Of a DNA stretch of 64,000 nt, positions 1-11,400 are shown one piece after another. The stretch's first letter is position 1; each line of letters opens with the position of its first letter. The position numbers were made by a program, and so were the translations under genes. The DNA comes from Malacoraja senta (Eukaryota), in the NCBI GenBank assembly GCA_038087875.1, contig CM075996.1, positions 4,464,001 through 4,528,000 of the forward strand, written 5' to 3'. The notes beneath the pieces were generated by a model that worked only from the letters and a program-made list of their open reading frames with translations, did not search any database and was not told where the DNA came from.

Positions 1-823
1 CTGTAAAACTCCTCTAAACAATATTTAACGAGGAGGGAGCTCACTGTTGAAGGTAAGTTATCAAGCCGGTTCTGTGGGAAGAACTGAGTTGTTCTGAGCA
101 AAATACTGCATGCTTTGAATCTGCAGAGCAGTCTCTTCATCGACTACACCCCTTGTCTGATGAGTACTGCTTGCTTATTGCAAATAAAGGAGCTACAGTT
201 TGATAGTCACTCACGTCTCGTGTGAATTATTCCGACAGTTTTTTGTTGAATGTTTTACATTACAACAATCGTTGCGAGGTTCACCTGTAACTAAGAGTAG
301 GAATAGAACAAATGGTGCAATAACCGTACAAGCTTGTCCTAACTTCCATTGTCCAGGGCATCATTTACATCTGCCAATTGTTTGGTTTCCAGCTGTAAGT
401 CCTGTGTAGTTTGGTTTTTACCTGTAATATCCTGGAATCATTTCATGGAAGGTATTCCTGAATAACAAGAAAAAAAACGTCACCCAACATCATGTGGGCA
501 GCATCCAAATTTTATTTGGATTAATTCTTTGCACATTGACATTACTGCCAGTAACCTGGTGATCTCCCTTGAATCCCAGCAGCATCTTGTGAGAGCTAGG
601 AATTTATTGGTTGGTAATCCTGTATGTTGTCCACTAAAATGCACATATCCTCCTGGAGCAGGAATCATTTTCTACCCCAATCTGAAACTGGCAAGTTCAT
701 AAGGTGACGATCTTCTCTCTTCATTGACAGGAACTTTGTTGATGGTGTCAGGATGGGCTGAATGCATATCGCCATTGACTGAAAATTTGTGTTTGCATTG
801 ATGCCTACAGGGATTTTGGAATT

Positions 824-1229
824 CATAGAAACATAGAAAATAGGTGCATGAGTAGGCCATTCAGCCCTTCGAGCCTGCACCGCCATTCAATATGATCATG
901 GCTGATCATCCAACTCAGTATCCTGTACCTGCCTTCTCTCCATACCCCCTGATCCCTTTAGCCACAAGGGCCACATCTAACTCCCTCTTAAATATAGCTA
1001 ATGAACTGGCCTCAACTACCTTCTGTGGCAGAGAATTCCACAGATTCACCACTCTCTGTGTGAAAAATGTTTTTCTCATCTCGGTCCTAAAAGACTTCCC
1101 CCTTATCCTTAAACTGTGACCCCTTGTTCTGGACTTCCCCAACATCGGGAACAATCTTCCTGCATCTAGCCTATCCAACCCCTTAATAATTTTGAAAGTT
1201 TCTTTAAGATCCCCGCTCAATCTTCTCAT
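824..1229 (-). mobile_element. CR1/HER1-type LINE, 5'-truncated 3' end
   Basis: ORF 915..1229 (RRLSGDLKETFKI...RTRGHSLRI...FFTQRVVNLWNSLP) is a CR1 ORF2 C-terminus; (TTTCTATG)n tail. Confidence 0.92.
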
Positions 1230-1786
1230 TCATCTGATATCCTTCCAAATTTCTTAACAAACATTTAGTGAAGACATTCAACCTGACAGCAATCACCCAG
1301 GCAGAATGTTTGGCACAAACTTTTGAAGTACCTGTACTGCTTAACAAAGCAGTTGATAAAACATTTGTAACCTTTGGTCTTGTAAATTGAGGCCTACAGT
1401 ACAAAAGCCAGGATGTTACTAAAATACTAGCCTGATCGTAGCTGGAATATTGAGCCCAGTTCCATTCACTTTGGGAAGGATATGAAAGCTTTGGAGAAAA
1501 TACTGTCGAGTGGTACTAAAATGATTCTAAGAACGAAGGAATGCAGTTTAGTGGGAATGCTGGAAATCTGTTGGTGTCCTTCTTGTTATAGATGTGGTAA
1601 CGGATGTTAAACGTTTTTTAAATCGTGAAGGTTTGGAAATGAGTAACTAAAAAGAAACTTCCCAGTAACCGGAGGGCACATTTTTAAAGTGATTGGCAAT
1701 GGAACCAGAGGAGACACGAGGAGAAACTCTTCTCTGTTGTGTGTTTAGAAATCGGAGCCTACTGCCTGTCATGAATGAATGTGTGT

Positions 1787-2012
1787 AGGAAGGAACTGCA
1801 GATGCTGGTTTAAACCGAAGATGGACGCATAAAACTGGAGTAACGCAGCGGGACGGGCAGCATCTCTGGAGAGAAGGAATGGGTGACGTTTCTTGTCGAG
1901 GCCTTCTTCAGAGTTAATTCAAGTTAATTCTTCAGAAGGGCCTCTACCTGAAACATCACCCATTCCTTCTCTCCAGAGATGCTGCCTGTCCCGCTGAGTT
2001 ACTGCAGCTTTT
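1787..2012 (-). mobile_element. Fold-back Penelope-derived short element
   Basis: Inverted arms; 15-bp direct repeat TGAATGAATGTGTGT at 1772-1786 and 2013-2027. Confidence 0.8.
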
Positions 2013-2401
2013 TGAATGAATGTGTGTTGGATACAGATTCAATTTTCAAACAGTTTTCTAAAAGCACTGAAAGAAAAAAATAGTTTGTGCACGGTGCAGG
2101 AGGGAATGATTGGGTAGCTGATTAACTATTGTTTTTTAAGAGAGTTGATGGTGTCAAGTTGGGCTAAATGCACATTGGCATGTTGTATTATTCGCTGATT
2201 CTCTAAATCAAAGAGAAAAGAGTAACGTTTCAATTTAAATTACAACTCATTCTCCAACTTAACCCCTCTTCATGAACCTTTTGCTCATCTCTTAAATATC
2301 CATTTAGTCTTGGCTTGGATAGATTAACATAAACATTAAGTGTAATATATTTTCACACACTGTGCATCAAGTTAATCTTTCTCTTTTTGTTCCATTTGAA
2401 G

Positions 2402-2489
2402 GAGATTGAAGGTTTCCTTTTGGCTGCTGATTTTCCTAAGAAAAAGAAGAAATTACACCATTTAACAGGAGAAGAGTTCCACCATGGAG
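2402..2489 (+). CDS. HMGXB4: HMGXB4 exon (EIEGFLLAADFPKKKKKLHHLTGEEFHHG)
   Basis: Polypyrimidine tract + AG at 2400-2401, donor GTAAAA at 2490. Phase 1 end joins the next exon. Colinear with human DSELYFLGTDTHKKKRK. Confidence 0.8.
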
Positions 2490-5400
2490 GTAAAAATATC
2501 TCCGACTCTTCCCTTTCTAACATTATTTCCATTTCAGAGATCAGGTTAGCAAGCAGTATCCACTGCAAGACCACAGCTATCTTCACTACGCTTCTTCCCA
2601 TCCTGCCTCCTGCAATCAGTCTCTTCATTTCAGTGTGTCCATCTCATCAGAACATAAGAAAATAGGAGTTGGCCACGGATCTCAAGCCTGCCCCTTCATT
2701 GAACATGATCGTGGTTGATCTGTCCAGAGTATCATCCCCTCTTCTGCATCAGTTCTCCACAACCCTCAATCCCTGATTTTACAACAATGTATATCTCACC
2801 TATTTATATACATTCAATAACCCTCCAGAACAAGGATTTTGCTTGGGCAGCTTACACCCCAGCAGTATGAATATTGACTTCTCTAACGGCAAGTAACCCT
2901 TGCTTTCCCTCTCTCTCCATCCCTCCCCCTTCCCAGTTCTCTGACCAGTTTGACTGTCCCTGATTGCATCTTATCTCTGTTTGCTTTGTTGTTACCTTCT
3001 CCTCGCTAACAGTGATCTATTCTACATTTTCCTTGATCTCCACCCCCTTTGTCTTGTTCTCACACCTAACACTTCTCTATCTTCCCCTCCCCCTCCTCCG
3101 ACTCTTAGTCTGGAGAAGGGTCTCGACCCGAAACGTCACCCATTCCTTCTCTCCAGAGATGCTGCCTGTCCCGCTGAGATTCTCCAGCTTTTTGTGTCTA
3201 TGGAATTTCGGAGATTCATCATCTGATGCTATTTCCCACACCCGCCTTCTGCTCTGCTTTATTTTCCTTATCGACAACTGTTTCCTGCCATGATAATTGG
3301 CACAGCTCTTGACTATATCTGTTCTATTTCCTGCACTGTACCCATCCCCTCTTCCCTATATCCAGGTGTTCCAGGTGTCCTCTCTTCATCAGCTCCACAT
3401 TTGATATTACATCTTCAGCAATTTCCAACATGATGCCACCACTCTCAGTCACATCATCTACCCCATGCCTTTCAAAATTCTGAAGGGACTGTTCAGCTGG
3501 CACTCTTCAATTAACTCTTCCATCTTCACCAATACGCAATATCCTTCTAAGCCCTGTTCTGTGCAAATGCAAGAGAAGTAACACTTCGCTTTTACCTCTT
3601 GCCTTCCTATCATCCTGTTGCCCAAATGTTTCTTGCAGATAAAGCAACAATTTTTTTTGTACTTGAGTCATAGAGACAAACAGCTCGTGTTTGCGCCACC
3701 TGTTAACCATCTCTTTAATCCCATATTAATTATTATTCCCCATCAGTTCCCTGAAGTTTTTACCATTCACTTACACACTGGTGGAAATTTACTGAGGCCA
3801 AGTCCGATATGTTTGACATATAGAAGAAAACTGGTGCATCCCGAGGAAACCCACCGGATAACAGGGAGAGTGTCCAAACTCCACACAGGCAGCACCTGAG
3901 TTTTAGTTTTAGAGATACAGTTCGGAAACAGGCCCTTCGGCTCACCGAGTCTGCACCGACCAGCGATCCCCGCATATTAACACTATCCTGCACACGCTAA
4001 GGGCAATTTAACATTTATACTATGCCAACAAACCTGCACGTCTTTGGAGTGTGGGAGGAAACCGAAGATCTCGGAGAAAACCCATGCAGGTCACGGGGAG
4101 AACGTGCAAACTCCGTACAGACAAGCACCCGTACCTGGGTCTCCGGCGCAGTGAGGCAGCAGCTCTTATCAGTTATACCACTGCACCACTCTTCCACTGA
4201 ATCTGGATGGAGGCAAAGTCGGCGTCGTCTGTCACTGTTGAAATGAAACACAGATTGCTTGGTTGCTTTGCAGTACATGTACGTTCAATCCACAAGGGTA
4301 AACCTGGGCTTCCAGCTGTCTTTCACGTTAATTCTTCACCCCACTTCCACACAGATCTCTCTATCTTTAGCTTCCTATATTTCTCCAGTAAACAATCAAC
4401 ATAAGCTTGAGGGACAGCACACTCATTTTTTCTGAAAAGGCTTATGACAACTTGTTGTGCTTAGTCTCACAATTCAACTCCTTTGTATACATAGAAACAT
4501 AGAAAATAGGTGCAGGAGTAGGCCATTCGGCCCTTCGAGCCTGCACCGCCATTTGATTTGATCATGGCTGATCATCCAACTCAGTATCCCATCCCTGCCT
4601 TCTCTCCATACCCCCTGATCCCTTTAGCCACAAGGGCCACATCTAACTCCCTCTTAAATATACCATTTACATTTCCAGTTACTTATCATAAGTTACCATA
4701 TTGACTATGTTCCTGATCTGACATCCTTTGCCTATTCATCTCCCTATTTAGACTCTTCATATTTCCCTCGGGATTTATTTCCCTGCTTTCTGCTGTCAGT
4801 AAGTTCTGTTTATGTTCAGTCCTTTCATTCAAGTCATATCTTTAGATTATATGATAGCTGATGCTTGTGGCACCGCACAAGGAATAGTGTATATAATGCA
4901 TAAATGACCTATTTATTCTGACTATTCTCTGTTCTTTAATTATTTAAGCTATTTGCCTCAACCATTTCCTGTGCTGGCAACTTATGTGCTTTCAACACGT
5001 TGTGGGTAAAGACATTTCTCCCGAGCTTCTTATCAGATTTATTGGTAATTATCTTCTATTTTGGACATTGGAAAAGTCTTCTCTGTCTATTCTGTCGAAC
5101 TCCTACACGGTATTAAAGGCCATTAAATAAACTCTTCCTCAGCTTTTCCTTTTCAGAAGGAGGAAACCGCAGTCACTGCAACATTCCTGTGGTTCCAGCG
5201 AACTTTTGTCACAAATCAATTCAGTATCTCTTTTTCTGTGTGTTTATATAGAACTGTCACCGATGGAACCTGTAAAGAAGAAAAAAAAACTTGATGGTCA
5301 ACAGCCTGACACTGCCATGGGCCTTCTCAAGGCCATAACCTCACCTGCACCGACCGTCACAAAGCCTTCCAAAAAAGTCGAAAAACCGTTTTCTGCTTTT

Positions 5401-8400
5401 GGCTCATCGTCCCATCCTCCTTTTCACGCTGAGAGCAAGAAGGAGCACAAGAAAAAAGCTGCCAGTGCAGAAGCCGAGGAACCCTCCGAGGAAGGAAGCT
5501 TCCACAAGTCAAAAAAGATGAAGCCGCTCTTTGTAAATACTGATACAGTGACCGTGCGTGAGGGGGAGGGGTTAAAAATGAAACTCCTCCTCTCGCCAAA
5601 GGACAAGTCGGGCATGGATGATGAGGCCTTCAATTTTGCAGGGACATCAAGTCAAAAGAAATCATCCAAGAAGGTGAGTAGGGAGGATCATGGCGCTTTC
5701 CTCTCTGCCCTGGAAGCCCACAGTTTGCCAAGGCCGTCGGCCGTACGCAAAAAACATAAGACAGAGTCTCGGGCTAGTGAGAGCTTTGAACCTGCCTCTC
5801 ATTTCTACACTGATGTCCCGGCGGGCAACCTCTCCGAGTACGAGTTCGCAGGTTTGGAAGCATTGGATTCTGCATCGTCTTCCGGCGGAGAACTCGAGGC
5901 GGGGGAGCTGGTTATCGACGATTCTTTCCGAGAGATGAAAAAGAAAAAGAAGAAAGAGAAAAAAAGCAAAAAAAAGAAGGACAAGGAAAAACACAAGGAA
6001 AAGAAACACTCAAAGTCCAAGAAGCTGCTGGCTCATGGCTCAGGGAAGGTCATATCTGCCAGTAAGTGCTGTTATCCATCACAGCCATCCGTTAGCACGC
6101 CTTATGCAATAAATGTGCCCCCACCTTCCATATTCCACATCGAAGGACAGCCAGAGAAAAAGAAGAAAAAGGAAGAGAAAGATAAAGAAAAGACAGAGAA
6201 ACCTGAAAAGGTAGGGCAACACAAGTACCTTCTTTGAAACATTAAACTTTCAGTTTCTTGTCCAAGTTACTGTAAGTCTAGATTAGAGATGATGACATGT
6301 AAGGAAAACTTATAACTAATCTCTTTGAACCTTGTGATGCCTCAAGCACAATGAGAATTAAATACTTTTGCAATACAATTATCATTTTAATTGTGGAAGT
6401 ATCAGTTGCCCTAGAGGGTTCATGACCAGCATGTTCCTAGTAAACTCTATAAAAACTATAAAAGGAAAATTCAAGAAAGCCCTAACTTCTGCAGATGCAG
6501 CATCTCTGGAGAAAAGGAATAGGTGATGTTTCGGGTCGGGTCAAGAGGATCTTGATTCGAAATCTATTCCTTTTCTCCAGAGTTGCTGAGTGACCTGCTA
6601 AATTACTCCAGCATTTTGTGTCTATCTTTGGTGTAAACCAGCATCTGCAGCTCCTGAACTCCACTATCTCACCTGAAATATCAAACTACAATGTCTTTCT
6701 CCTCAGTGATTACAGATGAAAAGTATTCATTTAAAACCATACCTATACCCACTGGCTCCATGCATAAATTTCCCCTTGGGTCTCTCGTAATGCTATTCTT
6801 TTCCTAGTTACCCTCTTGCTCTTAATGTTAGTACTAAAATATCTTTTTTTTTAAATAAGTATATTAAAAATACTGAGGCCACCACCAGGAGCAGAATGGG
6901 GATGGGTCCAACACACCAATACCCTTTAATAGAAATGTAGTATTGCTAATTGCTCAACAAAATAGCTGTAACTTGCTAACAATGACCATGGAGCTGAGGT
7001 ATACATTGTCACGGTGGAGTAAATGGAACATTGAATGATCCATTAGGTGATCTGAGAATCCATTAGGTGATCTGAGAATGACACCAAAATGAATTATGTG
7101 AAAGAGGAATCCATGCCAATCCTCAGTTTAAGCATTCTTCCACTTCATTACAAACTCACTCAAGTTTTAAGAAAGTAATATAATTTAGTCAACTATAGAT
7201 AGCAAGCCATAAAGGAAAGCTGAATTTGTTCAGCAGAGCATCATAGTATTGATTACTTTTGACTTTGTAAAATGAACTTTTATTTTGAATTTCTTTTGTG
7301 ATATTTCCATATATTTATTGCAGAAAAAAAAGAATATATCTGCTTATCAGCTGTTTTGCAAAGAGTATCGGATTAATATTGTCGCTGAGCATCCAGGAAT
7401 AGGTAAGAGTATATTTCATTTTACGTTATTGATTGAAAGATACATCACGGAAACAGGCCCTTTGGCCCACTGAGTCCACGCTGACCATTGATCACTGGTT
7501 TCACACTGGTTCTATGTTATTCCATTTTTGCATCCATGCCCGTGTTTACAGAGGCCAGTTTATCTACAAATTGGGATATGGGAGGAAACCGGAGCACCTG
7601 GGGAGGATATCCACGTGGACACAGGGAGAACATGGGGCAGCACGGTGGCGCAGCGGTCAAGTTGCTGCCTTACAGTGTTAGCGGCGCCGGAGCCCCGGGT
7701 TCGATCACGACTATGGGCGCTGTCTGTACGGAGATTGTACGTTCTTCCCGTGAGCGTGCTGACCATCGATCACCAACTGATACCAGTTCTACCAGAAGGA
7801 ATTCTGTCCCTGATTTATGTATTGGTCTTTATAACCTATTTTTTTTAAATTCTGATTATATGTTTTCTATAAATCTCTGTATGGTGTCCTTGAGACCTCG
7901 GTATAAGGCGCCCGTAAATAAAATCCATTATTATTATTATTATGTAATCAGTGCCGTATTCCTATAAGTAGACAGGGCAGTGCCAGCTTAGCAGTATCAT
8001 TGTGCTTAACCATAATCACAGATTCAGCTTCTGGTTGTGTTTGTCTTTGCCACAGATTTTGGTGAACTCAGCAAGAAGCTGGCTGAGGTATGGAAACAAC
8101 TTCCCGACAAGGATAAACAGGTAAGCCAACCCTACTGTTGGGCTGCATCCTCATGCAAACAATTGGCAATGGTCACACACAAGTCTAGACAGACCAGGAT
8201 AGACAAAAGTGCTGGAGAAACTCAGCGGGTGCAGCAGCATCTATGGAGCGAAGGAAATAGGCAACGTTTCGGCCCGAAACGTTGCCTATTTCCTTCGCTC
8301 CATAGATGCTGCTGCACCCGCTGGGTTTCTCCAGCACTTTTGTCGACCTTCGATTTTCCAGCATCTGCAGTTCCTTCTTAAACACTCTAGACAGACCAGG

Positions 8401-11400
8401 GTTTTTTGTTTGGTTGCTTTATGATTTTCCAATTTGTCCGCATTTTCTAAAGCTCCCCCCTCCCCGGCACCATTTCCGATGTTCTTCACCCTGCGGCTTT
8501 TTGAGTAAATCTTTCCTACGTTCTTTACAATTTTCCCAGTTGAAGTCAAACCAATGTTTAGTTTAGTTCAGAGATACAGCACGGAAGCAGGCCCTTCGGC
8601 CCACACAGTCTGCACTGACCAGCGATCCCCGCACATTACCCTACACGCACCAGGGACAATTTTACATTTAAACCAAGCCAATCAACCTACAAACCGGTAC
8701 GTCTTTGGAGTGTGGGAGGAAACCGAAGATCTCGGAGAAATCCCACGCAGGTCATGGGGAGAACGTACAAACTCCATACAGACAAGCACCCGTAGTCAGG
8801 ATTGAACCCAGGTTCCTGGCGTTGTAAGGCAGCGACTCTACTGCTACGCCACCGTGCCGCCCTTTATGCCCCAATGCTTTAAGAAGCTTCATGATGAGTT
8901 CTTTGCTTTGGTATTACATTTATTTAAAAAGCCCACATCTTTCTATCTTATTTGTCAGTTTCACACGGTCACAGTCTTGTTACTTGAATGCAAACCTTTC
9001 TGACGATACTGTTGATGCGTAACTGGATTGATTTTGTGCAAATATATCGGATCCTGTGGATTTAGTGAACCATGCAGAACTTATTCAAAGCTAACACGTA
9101 AAGACCATTTATTATTGATATAGATACAAATTTGTAGGTTAATTGGCTTGTTACAAGTGTAAATTGTCGTGTGTGTGTGTGTGATAGTGTGTTAGTAATA
9201 GTGTGACAGTGTTAGTGTGACAGTGTTAGCGTGACAGTGTTAGCGTGACAGTGTTAGCGTGACGGTGTTAGCGTGACGGTGTTAGCGTGACGGTGTTAGC
9301 GTGACGGTGTTAGCGTGACGGTGTTAGCGTGACAGTGTTAGCGTGACAGTGTTAGCGTGACGGTGTTAGTGTGACGGTGATAGTGTGACAGTGTTAGTGA
9401 CGGTGTTAGTGTGACGGTGTTAGTGTGACAGTGTTACTGTGACAGTGTTAGTGTGACAGTGTTAGTGTGCGGGGACCGCTGGTCAGTGCAGTGGGCCACT
9501 GTATCTCTAAACTAAACTATACATAGTTTAGTTTAGTTTAAACTAAACTATACAGGCCACTGTATCTCTAAACTAAACTATACATAGAATTATGGAAAGT
9601 GAAAAGATTTTCCTTAAAATTCTAGGTTTGGAAACAGAAGTGCCAATACTTACAACATAAGCAGAATAAGGCTGAGGCTATGACAGTGAAACGGAAACTG
9701 ACTGATTCACTGGACGATGCAACTGTTAAGCAGAAAGGTACAGTATTTATGGTTGAAAGGGATAAATGAGTCAGTAGTTTATTCAATGGGTTGATTATTC
9801 TGTGGGAAAATAACTACCCCCAGATATCTAACCATGATGTGTTTTGTGGGCCTTTAGGTTGTGACCCGTGGTTCGCCCTAACTTCTTTAGTTCGAGCAAA
9901 TTGTCGAACTCGATTCACTCCCTTCACCACCTTAGAAGCCTCAGTCAGATCATCCCTAAGGTGGGCTGAAGGGTCTGCTTCCATACTGTGTGTCACTATC
10001 TCATTATAATATCTTTGCTTGATAACTGAAATGCAGTAAATTTTGAGTTCTAGTGTCGCACCCACATCTGTTCAGAGGCCAAACTATCGCCCACCACGTT
10101 TGAAAATGCAACCAGGCGCAGTATTTTAAATTTTGTCTAATAGTAGATCCTTCCTATTTTCCCCCAGCTTACACCTTGTACCATTTATCATGGACTTCTA
10201 CAATTCATGCACTGGAAGACTATGGTTTCATACTTTCTCATTGGTTCCAATGAATTTCCCTACCACATGTATGACACTTCCCTTTTCCAAGTTTTTTTTT
10301 TGTTGAATTTATTTTATTAGAAGCAATTGTACAAGGATAAGGCGATCGACATAACAGTTATACGATTATTGTACAGCTTCATTTTTAACATTAGATTAGA
10401 ACCTAAATTTTAAAAAAAGAAAAAAAAGAAAAAAAGAGAGAAAATAGAAGAGAATGAAGAGAAGTAAAATAAGAAAAAGTGAGAAAAAGACCCCAAAGCT
10501 ACCAAAGAAGTGCAAGAGAAAAGAAAAGAAATAAGAAAAGAAAAGATGGAGATATACCTCCCCCCCCCCCTCACCCATCCCTGGCATCGTTTTTAAATTT
10601 GTGTTTATTCTTTTTCCAAGTTAAAACAACATTGCCAATTGTAATACATTAATACATTTTCACTTGAAGCAGTTGAGTATTGTCTACATTCCCACCGTTA
10701 ACAGCCACTGATCAGACAGGTTGTCAGCAACAGTTGGAGCCTCAACGGACAAGGTTTTTTAAAAAACTCCTTATCGTTCAAACCTCCTTCCTTTGCGAAA
10801 ACATTCCTGGACCTTTAATGTAATTATCCGTTGCTCAGCAAAATGGGGAACTCTACTTTCCTCCCAGCTTGCTTCTGTTCCCCTTCCCAATAATTATCTG
10901 GGCTATCACATCAAATACTGTTGTTGGATGCAAAATTGAAGGCTGTCAGATGCTGAGTCCGCCTCCTTGATTCACAAATGAAAAATAATTGCATTTTAAA
11001 CATAAGTCAGCTATGTGTCAGGCTCCTGTGATAAAACACTGTTTTATTAGGACCACAGTGATAAAACCCTGACCTCAGATCCTGAAGATTATGTTGCAAG
11101 CTCCATGCTGTAGAACTGACCACGTAATCCAGGCTGACACTGTGATGCAGTTCTGAAGGAGATGTCGAACTGAAGTCCCATGTAGTCATTGACAGCACCC
11201 ATGATCTTGCCGATGGTGAAAATACTTTTGAGGGGACTGTGGTGTGAGAACTTTGTTGACTCTTGTGAGAAATAAAACTTTGAATTCTTCCAACTTTTAA
11301 GAAAACACAACTGGAAAAAGATAGGCAACATGTCCTTGTAGCTGGAAAGGATATCAGATTTTGCCTTCCCAAAATATGCTAGGATTTAACATCTTTTTTC

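Noticed and set aside
1-58. Strong donor AG|GTAAGT at 52/53 with a frame reading NSSKQYLTRRELTVE, resembling the preceding HMGXB4 exon
   Set aside because: That frame has TAA at 4-6 and ends in phase 1, while the 2402 exon needs phase 0; the phase-0 frame has a stop at 26-28. It cannot be supported without upstream sequence.
5206-6237. 343-aa ORF as a standalone gene
   Set aside because: It is one internal HMGXB4 exon plus intron read-through at both ends.
7634-7710. tRNA gene-like heads (also near 8800-8862 and 63018)
   Set aside because: They are V-SINE 5' regions followed by the V-domain and lack a proper cloverleaf.
8199-8345. Pre-miRNA genes in long hairpins (also 14805-14981 and 37380-37525)
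   Set aside because: The hairpins are inverted copies of a high-copy Penelope-derived repeat with TSDs.
9190-9468. CRISPR-like array
   Set aside because: Contiguous 14-bp units without unique spacers in a eukaryotic SINE; it is a minisatellite.
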